Virus record (IMG/VR): IMGVR_UViG_2690316231_000010
Span: 1-12,628 of that record
From: a virus
Taxonomy: Duplodnaviria; Heunggongvirae; Uroviricota; Caudoviricetes
DNA: 12,628 bases
Strand: one strand, 5' to 3'
Position 1 is the first letter of the stretch, and every line of letters begins with the position of its first letter. This document shows positions 1 to 9,791 of this stretch, one piece after another. The translations under genes and the position numbers were made by a program. The notes below the pieces were generated by a model that worked only from the letters and a program-made list of their open reading frames with translations, searched no databases and had not been told where the DNA came from.

Positions 1-789
1 TGCATGACAAGGTCATCGGGCATTATCTGAACATAAAACACTATCAGTAAGTTGGAGTCACTACCTGTTAAGTAATGTCTGTTATTTTTTTTCTGTTGTT
101 TTCTGTATTTTGTTGTATGGATTAATAACTGTTCTGATCCCGTCATCATCTTTATAGCCAAGAGTATGGCTTCACCCGTGTTAATATCCTGGATAACTGT
201 GTTTGAAGGATTTCTGTTAATAATCTGCTCCTGCAACTCACCTGATGAGTATTAGTGGTAATACATAATCTTACTCGTAAAAGAGTATACCTTATGTCAT
301 TAAACAGTCTTCCGGCGTGTTGTTCAATCCTGTACCTCTGTTACTTATCTGGTACGTTGATATGTGTAATGCTACGTTAATTGCAATATCTGGTTATGGC
401 TTTATACCTTCAGCATTTAAAATATTTTATTACCGGAGAAACAGGGAAGTGGAAAGACTTTCGGGATAATGTCAGGCCATTCTGACGTTAATCACAGTAC
501 CAAATAACGAGAGGGTAATGGAAGTTAAAACCTGCGTAAGTTCCTCTGTTGTTCACTGGAAAAAGTGATTGCCCACACGCGTTATAAAGGCCTTTCCGCT
601 GCAGCCTGGTTAACAGAGCTTCAGGCGTTATATGCGCTGTATGGCTGTTACGTATGCTGTTCTTTGCCTGGTTCTGATACCCGTGGAAGTCGTTACCGGA
701 GGAAACACGTTCACCCTACTACCTGAGAACATCTTCTTCAAAAATTACGGCAACGCTTCTTCCTGTGTTACAGAACACGAGGAAGAAAC

Positions 790-1389
790 ATGCAAACTTA
801 TAACACCAATCCCGCTTACGAAATGGCTCCCCAGCTCCTGGAGCACTTTAACCAGCATCTGGATTCATTATTCGGGGTCTATTCGAAACTGTTACCGTTC
901 AGAATGGATTTTGCTTACCGAAAAAACACCCTCAGCTACAGATGTGCCTGCAGGTACGCCATGTGCGCGGAGATGCTGCAACTGATTAACGAGGTGGGAG
1001 AGAAACTGGTCGGGTATGCCTGGGTGATGGAATATACAGAACGTAAAGGGCTTCACATTCATTTTGTGGGCTATCTGAACGGCCAGAGCCACAGGAGTTC
1101 GTATCTGGTATCCAGATTGATGGGAGATATCTGGAGGCGGGTTACCGAGGGTAATGGTTACTACCACTGGTGCCGGTTTAATAAAAATTATCCGGTAAAC
1201 ATTAACCACGTCATTCACTATTCAGATCACAAAGCGGTGAATGATTTACGCTATGCCATCAGCTACCTGGCCAAACGGGAACAGAAAGAATGTGGCATCA
1301 TCCTGAAATGCAGCGGGCTTCCTGAAAAAAGTAACCGGGGTCGACCACGACTGGACAGCCCCCTGCCGGGGATATGTGCTCTGGTGTAA
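790..1389 (+). CDS. YfjJ/YagK-family (inovirus Gp2-like) protein, 199 aa, with an HUH-like 'LHIHF' motif
   Basis: Complete ORF with SD-like aggaag 5-10 nt upstream of the ATG; internal HxH motif and a YxxxY/K-like motif resemble the Rep-like YfjJ/YagK family found in P4-like cryptic elements; preceded by ~790 bp of AT-rich non-coding DNA. Family assignment is from memory, not a search. Confidence 0.5.
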   Translation: MQTYNTNPAYEMAPQLLEHFNQHLDSLFGVYSKLLPFRMDFAYRKNTLSYRCACRYAMCAEMLQLINEVGEKLVGYAWVMEYTERKGLHIHFVGYLNGQSHRSSYLVSRLMGDIWRRVTEGNGYYHWCRFNKNYPVNINHVIHYSDHKAVNDLRYAISYLAKREQKECGIILKCSGLPEKSNRGRPRLDSPLPGICALV

Positions 1390-1761
1390 ACCCCTGAACG
1401 ACAAGTACGGGCTGGCGCTAATCTTTGCTGTCGGTTCCGGCGGCCACTTCAGCGGCACTGCGCATTTTTTACGGCGTGGTCATTCCGTATGAACCATACG
1501 GAGATTTAACCATGACACATTCTTTACCATTCCTTCCGGCAACCGATACAGCACATCCCCCAATCTCCATCTCTGCTTACTGACTGTTTTTTACGTCAGT
1601 GGGCCATTGTGTGACAACCACAGTGCTGTAACAGCAACCAGCCTGCTTTACCCAAACTCCAGTCCAGATTTTAACTGAACCGCCATTCACACCCTGACCA
1701 CGCTGCCCGTACCGGGACGGCTGTTGCCTGCGTGTCGTCTGGCGGCTGAGGAACATATACT

Positions 1762-2141
1762 ATGTACGCAAAATCTTTTCTCGCACTTGATGGCAACGGA
1801 CGTCTGACCGGTGCCCGTACCGCACAGACTGCACCTTACGATAGCTACACCTGCCACCTTTGCGGCAGTGCACTCAGATACCACCCGCAATACGACACTG
1901 AACGGCCCTGGTTTGAACACGCTGACGAAGGGCTGACGGAGCACGGTCATGAGTGCCCTTATGTCAGGCCGGAACGCAGAGAAATACGGTTGATTAAACG
2001 TCTGCAGCAATTCGTCCCGGATACCTTACCCGTAGTACGTAAAGCCAGCTGGCACTGCAGGCAATGTCACCACGATTATTATGGGGAGCAGTACTGCACA
2101 CACTGCCAGACCGGGCGCTTCAGTGAGGAGGGGGGAGCAGA

Positions 2142-2145
<4 letters not shown>
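1762..2145 (+). CDS. Hypothetical zinc-ribbon protein, 127 aa (CxxC...H...H and CxxC-x9-CxxC)
   Basis: ORF with SD gagga ~9 nt upstream; several Cys/His pairs spaced as in zinc ribbons; stop overlaps the next ATG (ATGA). No confident family assignment. Confidence 0.4.
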
Positions 2146-4223
<2,078 letters not shown>

Positions 4224-4316
4224 TGAACTTCCAGCACATGCAGCTTCTGACCGCAGTTAGCGCACGTTAAAGCTCGCTCGACACTTCCTTGTTCGTAACT
4301 TCGATTTTGGTCAATC
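4224..4316 (-). pseudogene. ninF: ninF 5' fragment (31 codons), truncated by IS100
   Basis: Minus-strand frame starting with GTG overlapping the ninE stop (GTGA) reads ...SVERALTCANCGQKLHVLEV, matching the lambda NinF CxxC region as I recall it, then runs directly into the IS100 right end at 4223. Confidence 0.6.
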
Positions 4317-4497
4317 ACCTTGTTTTCCTCGCACGTTCTCTAAGCCACCGGATATCCCACAGGTGAGCCGTGTAGTTGAAGGTTTTTACGTCAGATTCTT
4401 TTGGGATTGGCTTGGATTTATTTCTGGAGCGTTTCGTTGGAAGGTATTTGCAGTTTTCGCAGATTATGTCGGTGATACTTCGTCGCTGTCGTCTCAT
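4315..4497 (-). CDS. ninE: NinE-like protein, 60 aa
   Basis: 60-aa basic ORF ([23 protein letters not shown]...) between ninB and the ninF fragment; ATGA overlap with the ninB stop; size and position match lambda NinE. Confidence 0.7.
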   Translation of the reverse strand: MRRQRRSITDIICENCKYLPTKRSRNKSKPIPKESDVKTFNYTAHLWDIRWLRERARKTR

Positions 4498-4904
4498 TCG
4501 TACCTCCTGTCGGTAAATCTGACACCCTGACCAATAGCCCAGGCTGTCGTGTACTCAATCAGGCTTGCCATGCGCTTCACGCTCATCTGTGCGCTACTTT
4601 CGCGAATGTTGACGTATTCTCCTTCAAGGCCTAGCAAAACATCAGCTTCCTGTTTTGTTGCCACTGCATGACCGCTGATCAACAAAACCTTCCATTGTTC
4701 TGGTTTTAACCATTTATCGCACCATTGAACCTGACGTGCGATATCCGCCAGCATCGCGTGAAATTTTGCGTTCTGGTCAAGGTTGCGCTTGTAGTCAGTA
4801 ATGCGGATGGTGACTGGCTTGTCTTTATCGAGAGGAGCTGAGAGGATGGCGTTGATTGCGGCTTGCTGTTGTTGCTTAGTTCGGAGGAAGATTGTTTGCT
4901 TCAT
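4494..4904 (-). CDS. ninB: NinB-family recombination protein (lambda orf-family), 136 aa
   Basis: Conserved RNLDQN motif and overall NinB-like sequence in the nin-region position after ren; diverged from lambda NinB, so probably from another lambdoid phage. Confidence 0.75.
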   Translation of the reverse strand: MKQTIFLRTKQQQQAAINAILSAPLDKDKPVTIRITDYKRNLDQNAKFHAMLADIARQVQWCDKWLKPEQWKVLLISGHAVATKQEADVLLGLEGEYVNIRESSAQMSVKRMASLIEYTTAWAIGQGVRFTDRRYE

Positions 4905-4906
4905 CG

Positions 4907-5179
4907 TTACTCCTTCACTTTGACTTCAGCGGCTATGATGGCTTTCATCACTGCAATTACCGTTTTGTCCTTCCCATCCTCATGCCCCATCGCATAAGCG
5001 CCTTCTTCGCCACCTTTCCAAAAGTTGTCATTCGATTCGGGCCAGTCGATATCCAGTTCAATAGCTGCCCTTGATGCCTGCCATATCACCCAGGCAAACT
5101 CTTTTAACCCGTCGTCTTCCGTGAACGGGCTTTTGTATTTTGACCACCACTCTTCGAATTGTCGGTAGCTATCGTTCAT
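4907..5179 (-). CDS. Hypothetical acidic phage protein, ~90 aa (ORF track extends it to 5194)
   Basis: ORF in the slot where lambda has ninA; the ATG at 5177-5179 (MNDSYRQFEEWW...) overlaps the stop of the upstream 25-aa ORF (ATGA), which suggests this is the real start rather than 5194. Confidence 0.5.
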   Translation of the reverse strand: MNDSYRQFEEWWSKYKSPFTEDDGLKEFAWVIWQASRAAIELDIDWPESNDNFWKGGEEGAYAMGHEDGKDKTVIAVMKAIIAAEVKVKE

Positions 5180-5253
5180 TTCCCTCTCCCCCAAATAAAA
5201 AGGCCTGCGATTACCAGCAGACCTGTTACAAGCTCAGTGATGTAGATGGTCAT
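5176..5253 (-). CDS. Possible 25-aa hydrophobic peptide (MTIYITELVTGLLVIAGLFIWGRGK)
   Basis: Short ORF not in the ORF track; its ATG overlaps the ren stop (ATGA) and its stop overlaps the next ATG (ATGA), giving a translationally coupled chain; one predicted TM helix. Confidence 0.35.
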   Translation of the reverse strand: MTIYITELVTGLLVIAGLFIWGRGK

Positions 5254-5540
5254 CTTTTAACTCCATATACCGCCAATACCCGTTTCATCGCGGCACTCTG
5301 GCGACACTCCTTAAAAATCAGGTTCGTGCTCATCTTTCCTTCCCGTTCTTCCTTGGTAGCAAACCGGTAATACACCGTTCGCCAGACCTTACCTTCGATA
5401 ACCAGAAGACCTGCCCGTGCCATTTTAGCCGCGGCCTGATTTATGCTGGTTACTGTTGCGCCTGTTAGCGCGGCAACGTCCGGCGCACAGAAGCTATTAT
5501 GCGTCCCCAGGTAATGAATAATTGCCTCTTTGCCCGTCAT
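5250..5540 (-). CDS. ren: Ren protein (lambda-type), 96 aa
   Basis: Sequence MTGKEAIIHYLGTHNSFCAPDVAALTG... matches lambda Ren as I recall it; ATGA overlap with the P stop; position after P. Confidence 0.85.
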   Translation of the reverse strand: MTGKEAIIHYLGTHNSFCAPDVAALTGATVTSINQAAAKMARAGLLVIEGKVWRTVYYRFATKEEREGKMSTNLIFKECRQSAAMKRVLAVYGVKR

Positions 5541-6238
5541 ACACTTGCTCCTTTCAGTCCGAACTTAGCTTTGATTTCTGCGATCTTCGCCAGAGCCTGT
5601 GCACGATTTAGAGGTCTACCGCCCATGACAGGAAGTTGTTTTACTGGTTCAGGGATCGCCTCACCACGGTTAATTCTCGCAGTCATATGGACAAGCTCAT
5701 CTGCGGCCTTACGGCGTAATTCCGCATCAGTAAGCGCATTGGCCCGCATGTTCTGATACAGGTTGGTAACCAGCCAGTAGTGCGCGTTTGATTTCCACGG
5801 ATAAGACTCCGCATCCAGATACAGGCCTCGCTTCCGGCAATACTCGTAAACCATATCAACCAGCTCGCTGACGTTTGGCAGTCCGGCGATAACGGATGCT
5901 TCTTCCCGGCACCATGCAACAAACTGCCCGGGTGATGGCAGAAATGGTCGATTCTGCCGACGGGCTACGCGCATTCCTGCGTTAACCTGTTCCATTGTGG
6001 TGATCCCGTTTTCCCGGAAAGCCAGAACCCACTGGCGGCGAATTTCGTTCAGTTCGTTCTGGTCACGGTTAGCCAGACTCGCCGGGAAAGTTGCCAGTAA
6101 CTGGCTGAACACACCATTGATGATCTGCGCTACCTGCTGTACCTGTGGCTTTTCGTCGTACTGTTCCGGCATATTGTTGGCGATCCGACGCATCTGCTCA
6201 CGGTCAAAGTTAACCATCTGTGCGGCGATGTTTTTCAT
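5537..6238 (-). CDS. P: Replication protein P (lambda-type DnaB loader), 233 aa
   Basis: 233-aa ORF MKNIAAQMVNFDREQMRRIANNMPEQYDEK... matches lambda P; overlaps the O stop as in lambda. Confidence 0.95.
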   Translation of the reverse strand: MKNIAAQMVNFDREQMRRIANNMPEQYDEKPQVQQVAQIINGVFSQLLATFPASLANRDQNELNEIRRQWVLAFRENGITTMEQVNAGMRVARRQNRPFLPSPGQFVAWCREEASVIAGLPNVSELVDMVYEYCRKRGLYLDAESYPWKSNAHYWLVTNLYQNMRANALTDAELRRKAADELVHMTARINRGEAIPEPVKQLPVMGGRPLNRAQALAKIAEIKAKFGLKGASV

Positions 6239-7134
6239 AGATCCACCCCGTAAATCCAGTCAGTGTTTGTCAGGTCGAGTTTTGGTTTTCCGGCTGTCAC
6301 GCCAGCCTGTTGCTTGTTACGGTTGATTTCGAGCTGGGTCCACTTGTCGCGGAGTTTGGCCGGACTCAGCACGTTACCGGACCAGAAGTTGTCCTGGCAG
6401 GCCCAGCGGAACAGTACACACATGTCGCGGTGGTTACGTCCATCACGTTCACGCATCAGACGGATATCGTTAGCCCACCCTGCAAAATTCGGTTTTCTGG
6501 CTGATGGCGCGATGGTCTTCACCATGTCAAACATCCACTCTGCGGCGGTCAGGTCTTCTGCTGTCCCCCACTTGCTGCCGCTCTGAATCGCAGCATCTGG
6601 TTTAACCACAGAAAGATCGTTTTCTGGCTGGTCAGAGGATTCGCCAGAATTCTCGAACGAATAATCTTTTCTTTTTTCTTTTGTAATAGTGTCTTTTGTG
6701 TCCCCCTGTTTTGAGGGATAGCAATCCCCCAATTTGAGGGATGTTTTATCCCTCGTTTTAGGGGATTTTCCCTCGTTTTGAGGGATACACCATTCTGAGA
6801 TGTTTTTATTTGGTCCAAACATGCCGCCTTGCTGCTTGATAATATTCATTCTGACGAGTTCTAACTTGGCTTCATTGCACCGTTTGACAGGTAACTTTGT
6901 AATCTCGCTAAGTTGAGAATCGGTGATTCTGTCCATTGGTTTATTCCACCCATAGGTTTTACGCAGAATGGCAAGCAGCACTTTAAACTGTCGCTTGGTC
7001 AGATCTGCGCCTGAATAAGCCTCAAGCAGCATATTTGATAGTCTGGCGTAACCATCATCGAGATCTGCCACATTACGCTCCTGTCCGGCAAAGTTACCTC
7101 TGCCGAAGTTGAGTATTTTTGCTGTATTTGTCAT
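6235..7134 (-). CDS. O: Replication initiator O (lambda-type), 299 aa
   Basis: 299-aa ORF MTNTAKILNFGRGNFAGQERNVADLDDGYARLSNMLLEAY... matches lambda O; the ori-lambda iterons lie inside it. Confidence 0.95.
   Translation of the reverse strand: MTNTAKILNFGRGNFAGQERNVADLDDGYARLSNMLLEAYSGADLTKRQFKVLLAILRKTYGWNKPMDRITDSQLSEITKLPVKRCNEAKLELVRMNIIKQQGGMFGPNKNISEWCIPQNEGKSPKTRDKTSLKLGDCYPSKQGDTKDTITKEKRKDYSFENSGESSDQPENDLSVVKPDAAIQSGSKWGTAEDLTAAEWMFDMVKTIAPSARKPNFAGWANDIRLMRERDGRNHRDMCVLFRWACQDNFWSGNVLSPAKLRDKWTQLEINRNKQQAGVTAGKPKLDLTNTDWIYGVDL
6701..6788. repeat. ori-lambda iterons: four ~19-bp O-binding repeats inside the O gene, with an adjacent AT-rich unwinding region (about 6655-6700)
   Basis: Four tandem copies of the motif tcccc/tccctc-N-ttttgaggga (tccccctgttttgagggata, atcccccaatttgagggatg, tatccctcgttttaggggatt, ttccctcgttttgagggatac), followed on the O-sense side by cttttcttttttcttttg. 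Confidence 0.85.
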
Positions 7135-7144
7135 AATGACTCCT

Positions 7145-7224
7145 GTTGATAGATCCAGTAATGACCTCAGAATTCCATCTGGATTTGATTAGAACGCTCG
7201 GTCTTGCACACCGGGCGTTTTTTA
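7145..7224 (+). ncRNA. oop: oop antisense RNA (antisense to the cII 3' end) with its intrinsic terminator
   Basis: Sequence gttgatagatccagtaatgacctcagaa...gaacgctcggtcttgcacaccgggcgttttttatt closely matches lambda oop as I recall it; terminator stem cgctcggt/accgggcg followed by a T-run; lies antisense to the 3' end of cII. Confidence 0.6.
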
Positions 7225-7466
7225 TTGGTGATTTCATCAAGCGCATACTTAAAAGCTCTGCTAATCGGACTGATGTCTGATGCCATGCCAAAAGCACACA
7301 AGACCGAAGCTATAAACCTCCAGTCTGTTCTGCTTATCTTCGATTCATGACAGCCAATCATCTTTGCCAGACCGCGCTGAGTAAGCGTTGACAGGTTGAT
7401 AAGTAAATCTGTTTCTGCGCGATCAACGTCGCGCTGTGATAGTTTGCTGTAATTTGTTTGTTCCAT
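7167..7466 (-). CDS. cII: cII-like transcriptional activator, 99 aa (non-lambda N-terminus, lambda-like C-terminus ...NKKRPxxxTERSxQIQMEF)
   Basis: Position between cro/nutR and O; C-terminal residues match lambda cII; HTH-like GLAKMIGCHESKISR. Confidence 0.8.
   Translation of the reverse strand: MEQTNYSKLSQRDVDRAETDLLINLSTLTQRGLAKMIGCHESKISRTDWRFIASVLCAFGMASDISPISRAFKYALDEITNKKRPVCKTERSNQIQMEF
7444..7457 (+). promoter_or_regulatory. pRE-like cII activator box (TTGC-N6-TTGT) overlapping the cII start region
   Basis: tttgctgtaatttgtttg contains TTGC-tgtaat-TTGT, close to the lambda cII recognition motif TTGC-N6-TTGC, placed as in lambda pRE (over the cII 5' end, oriented toward cI). Confidence 0.4.
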
Positions 7467-7551
7467 TTCTTAAGATTTCCAATAGTGAATAGTTAGTTGA
7501 AAGGTATGCGTGGAAACGCATATGGCCTTAGTTGGTCAGATATCTTGGGGC

Positions 7552-7600
7552 TCGCTTTTCAGCGACGTAGGACGAATGTCCGTTGTTACAAAGAGCGGCT
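7552..7600 (-). promoter_or_regulatory. nutR-like site: boxA (cgctcttt) plus boxB hairpin (tcgctgaaaagcga) downstream of cro
   Basis: On the minus strand: gccgCTCTTTgtaacaacgg...ctacgtCGCTgaaaaGCGa. The boxB stem-loop with GAAAA loop is shaped like lambda boxB and the same arrangement recurs upstream of N (nutL). A palindrome ccgcttattaagcgg spans the cro stop and a hairpin atgcgtggaaacgcat (7506-7521) follows, in the position of tR1. Confidence 0.5.
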
Positions 7601-7607
7601 CCGCTTA

Positions 7608-7823
7608 TTAAGCGGCTTTGTGCTCCGGCGGGAACACGTCATCAAGACTTACTTTTGCGCCTAACTTGTTTAGACACGCAACAAGAGCACGGCATGTTTT
7701 AAGGTCTGGGAAGCGACGACCAGATTCCCAATGTCCGATAGCTCCCTGTGTGCATCCAACTGCCTTAGCAAGTGTTGTTTGAGAGATATTCAGTGACTCT
7801 CGATATTTTCGTAGGTTGCTCAT
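7608..7823 (-). CDS. cro: Cro-like repressor, 71 aa (non-lambda specificity)
   Basis: Start MSNLRKYRESLNISQTTLAKAVGCTQGAIGHWESGRR with SD ggaggg; HTH; divergent from cI across the operator region. The ORF-track 128-aa version is an upstream extension. Confidence 0.8.
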   Translation of the reverse strand: MSNLRKYRESLNISQTTLAKAVGCTQGAIGHWESGRRFPDLKTCRALVACLNKLGAKVSLDDVFPPEHKAA

Positions 7824-7934
7824 ATGCCCTCCATAGTAACCATGAAGAAAAAAATACAATATGTACTTTTTTAATGCAAGCAAAAATACACATTGTGCAT
7901 GGATGGTTGCAATACAGAGCGTAATAATAAGGAC
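7824..7934. promoter_or_regulatory. OR operator / divergent pR-pRM region with repeated ATACA-N4-GT(A/G)C sites
   Basis: Related 13-bp sites atacaatatgtac (7854-7866), atacacattgtgc (7886-7898) and weaker atacagagcgtaa (7912-7924); the same motif recurs in OL (9528-9540, 9586-9598). Exact -10/-35 assignments are not resolved. Confidence 0.55.
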
Positions 7935-8594
7935 ATGAAAATGAAATGGTATGAACTGGCTAGATCCAGAATGAAAGAGCTCGGCATAACTCAAGAGAAG
8001 TTAGCCGAAGAGCTAGGTATGACGCAGGGTGGAATTGGACACTGGTTGCGCGGATCTCGTCATCCATCTCTTAGTGATATTGGTGTGGTGTTTAAATACC
8101 TTGGTATTGATAACATATCATTCAACCACGACGGGACATTTTCACCTGTTGGCGAATACTCATCGGCCCCAGTTAAAAAACAATATGAGTACCCTGTTTT
8201 TTCTCATGTTCAGGCTGGGATGTTCTCTCCAGAACTCAGAACCTTTACCAAAGGCGATGCGGAGAGATTGGTAAGCACAACCAAAAAAGCCAGTGACTCT
8301 GCATTCTGGCTTGAGGTTGAAGGTAACTCAATGACCGCCCCAACAGGTTCCAAACCTAGTTTTCCTGACGGGATGTTAATTCTGGTTGACCCTGAGCAGG
8401 CTGTTGAGCCAGGTGATTTCTGCATAGCCAGACTTGGTGGTGATGAGTTTACCTTCAAGAAACTGATCAGGGATAGCGGTCAGGTGTTTCTACAGCCACT
8501 AAACCCGCAATATCCAATGATCCCATGCAATGAGAGTTGTTCCGTTGTGGGGAAAGTTATCGCTAGCCAGTGGCCAGAAGAGACGTTTGGGTAA
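7935..8594 (+). CDS. cI: cI repressor, chimeric: non-lambda N-terminal HTH domain fused to a lambda-type C-terminal domain
   Basis: Likely start MKMKWYEL... at 7935 with SD aagga (the ORF track starts at 7893). From about residue [21 protein letters not shown] (nt ~8184) to the C-terminus ...[12 protein letters not shown] it matches lambda cI as I recall it; the N-terminal [21 protein letters not shown] differs. Confidence 0.9.
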   Translation: MKMKWYELARSRMKELGITQEKLAEELGMTQGGIGHWLRGSRHPSLSDIGVVFKYLGIDNISFNHDGTFSPVGEYSSAPVKKQYEYPVFSHVQAGMFSPELRTFTKGDAERLVSTTKKASDSAFWLEVEGNSMTAPTGSKPSFPDGMLILVDPEQAVEPGDFCIARLGGDEFTFKKLIRDSGQVFLQPLNPQYPMIPCNESCSVVGKVIASQWPEETFG

Positions 8595-8766
8595 TTTCTC
8601 TGTTTGTTTTTTAAGCTATCAATCTCTGGCTTGTGGATAAGTTGGAAGGTATTCGCTGCTAATGTATTGACATTTACAAAATATAGGTATTTTGGGGTTG
8701 TCTAAAATTACCTATAGGGTAAACTTCACTTAAGCTCCTACATGAGAGCTTCTGAGGAGAGATAAA

Positions 8767-9063
8767 ATGAAAACCTTACGTTGCATGGCCTACCAGCAGA
8801 ACGGCGTTTACGTAGCTGCATGTTTAGACCTGTCATTGGCAGCGCAAGCAGATACTATGAAAGAAGCTGTAAACAAACTGGATGAGCAGATTAAAGATTT
8901 TTTCACTGAAGCGCTATCAGAGCCGGAATATGCAAAACAACTACTAAGTCGGAAAGCACCTTTATCTATGTGGCTTAAGTATTGGGTAATTGCATTTCAG
9001 GTTTTTGTCAGAAAACGAGGTGAAGCAAAACTCTTTGCTGAGCCTTGTGATGCTCATGCTTAG
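8767..9063 (+). CDS. HicB-like (DUF1902/UPF0150-type antitoxin fold) protein, 98 aa, in the rexA slot
   Basis: N-terminal motif NGVYVAACLDLSLAAQADTMKEAVNKLDEQI fits the GxYVAxxPDLPGxxxQGDTxEEAxxNxxEAI signature of HicB N-domains; strong SD gaggaga; hydrophobic C-terminal tail with no obvious RHH/HTH. Motif-based call, not a search. Confidence 0.5.
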   Translation: MKTLRCMAYQQNGVYVAACLDLSLAAQADTMKEAVNKLDEQIKDFFTEALSEPEYAKQLLSRKAPLSMWLKYWVIAFQVFVRKRGEAKLFAEPCDAHA

Positions 9064-9074
9064 GGTTACATTAC

Positions 9075-9359
9075 ATGTTCTTGAAAAAGCTTACTCCTTT
9101 GAAATACGACGAGGTAATCAGGGGACTTAAGAAAATGGGGTTTGAAATGAAACCTAAAACAGGAACCTCTCACGAACAGTGGGTTCTCAAGAACAGTAAA
9201 GGAAAATGGGTGGTTACAGTTGATAAGCATCACGCCCCATTCTCCAGAGATTTAATAAAATCCATGGCTAAGCAAGCTGGACTGAAAGCTCGTCACTTTC
9301 ATGCGTTATGCAGAGGTGACGCAACGCTTGAGGATATAGGATTCCAAATCATTAGCTAA
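9075..9359 (+). CDS. HicA/YcfA-like toxin-family protein, 94 aa, in the rexB slot
   Basis: Motif VIRGLKKMGFEMKPKTGTSHEQWVLKNSKGKWVVTVDKHHAPFSRDLIKSMAKQAGL fits the HicA signature (GF...GSH...vtv..H...l..i.kqaGL); begins 11 bp after the upstream ORF; followed by a strong terminator. Confidence 0.55.
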   Translation: MFLKKLTPLKYDEVIRGLKKMGFEMKPKTGTSHEQWVLKNSKGKWVVTVDKHHAPFSRDLIKSMAKQAGLKARHFHALCRGDATLEDIGFQIIS

Positions 9360-9389
9360 AACCCGGCCTCAGCGCCGGGTTTTCTTTGC
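9359..9389 (+). terminator. Rho-independent terminator after the two-gene cassette
   Basis: aaaacccggcctcagcgccgggttttctttg: 8-bp GC-rich stem (aacccggc/gccgggtt), 4-nt loop, T-run; also A-rich on the 5' side, so possibly bidirectional. Confidence 0.7.
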
Positions 9390-9572
9390 CTCACGCCCCC
9401 ACCTAAAGACACATAACCAAATGTATTTATTGAAAAATAAATAGATACAACTCACTAAACCACGCAATTCTGATCTCTCCTTACATCGCCGAGGCGATAC
9501 ACCCACGCTAAAAAACAACACTATTAAATACAAAGTGTTATAAAAAATCACTCCATTTTAGAACAAATCGTA

Positions 9573-9601
9573 TTGACCCAATAAAGTACATATCGTACTA
9601 T
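9573..9601 (+). promoter_or_regulatory. pL-like promoter (-35 TTGACC, 17-bp spacer, -10 TACTAT) with overlapping OL operator sites
   Basis: ttgacc (9573-9578), 17 bp, tactat (9596-9601), oriented toward N; operator-like sites atacaaagtgtta (9528-9540) and gtacatatcgtac (9586-9598) resemble the OR sites. Confidence 0.65.
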
Positions 9602-9646
9602 TTAACCGTCAGCAGGACGCTGGAAGCCAAACGGAACAGACTGGCA

Positions 9647-9693
9647 GGCTCTTTAAACAACGTCGAACTCTCGACTACGTGGCTGAAAAGCCA
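9647..9693 (+). promoter_or_regulatory. nutL-like site: boxA (gctcttta) plus boxB hairpin (tggctgaaaagcca)
   Basis: ggCTCTTTaaacaacg...ctacgtGGCTgaaaaGCCa parallels the nutR arrangement (shared aacaacg and ctacgt spacer motifs, GAAAA loop); lies between pL and N. Confidence 0.55.
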
Positions 9694-9791
9694 GATCACC
9701 CAACCACATGAGCTGTGGGATGCAATGCCGAAGCAACCGTCTCAGGAGGAGCTTCGAGATTGCATCGCCAAAGTTTATTCGGGAGGAATCT

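Noticed and set aside
632-985. 117-aa plus-strand ORF overlapping the start of the YfjJ-like gene
   Set aside because: Runs through the AT-rich upstream region in another frame with no SD; the 790 start has a proper SD and the family-like sequence.
892-2010. Minus-strand ORFs 892-1218, 1246-1458 and 1687-2010
   Set aside because: Antisense to, or lying between, the better-supported plus-strand genes; no ribosome-binding sites or recognisable motifs.
4892-6586. ORFs overlapping ren, P and O in other frames (4892-5074, 5140-5370, 5499-5756, 5683-5922, 5997-6326, 6263-6586, 6310-6504)
   Set aside because: All lie within well-supported lambda-type genes, in other frames or on the opposite strand.
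6549-6818. 89-aa minus-strand ORF across the iteron region, and the iterons as a possible CRISPR-like array
   Set aside because: The ORF is an alternative frame inside O. The repeats are four contiguous ~19-bp O-binding iterons with no unique spacers, so they are ori-lambda, not CRISPR.
7094-7297. 67-aa minus-strand ORF spanning the O/cII junction
   Set aside because: Alternative frame overlapping the cII 3' end and the oop region.
7608-7994. 128-aa version of cro from the ORF track
   Set aside because: The upstream extension runs through the operator region and into cI on the opposite strand; the start at 7823 with SD ggaggg gives a 71-aa Cro of the expected size.
8029-8458. ORFs 8029-8274 (+) and 8210-8458 (-) inside cI
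   Set aside because: Alternative-frame or antisense ORFs within the cI coding sequence.
9369-9551. 60-aa minus-strand ORF in the terminator-to-OL interval
   Set aside because: Lies across the terminator and AT-rich operator/promoter DNA; low-complexity translation, no SD.
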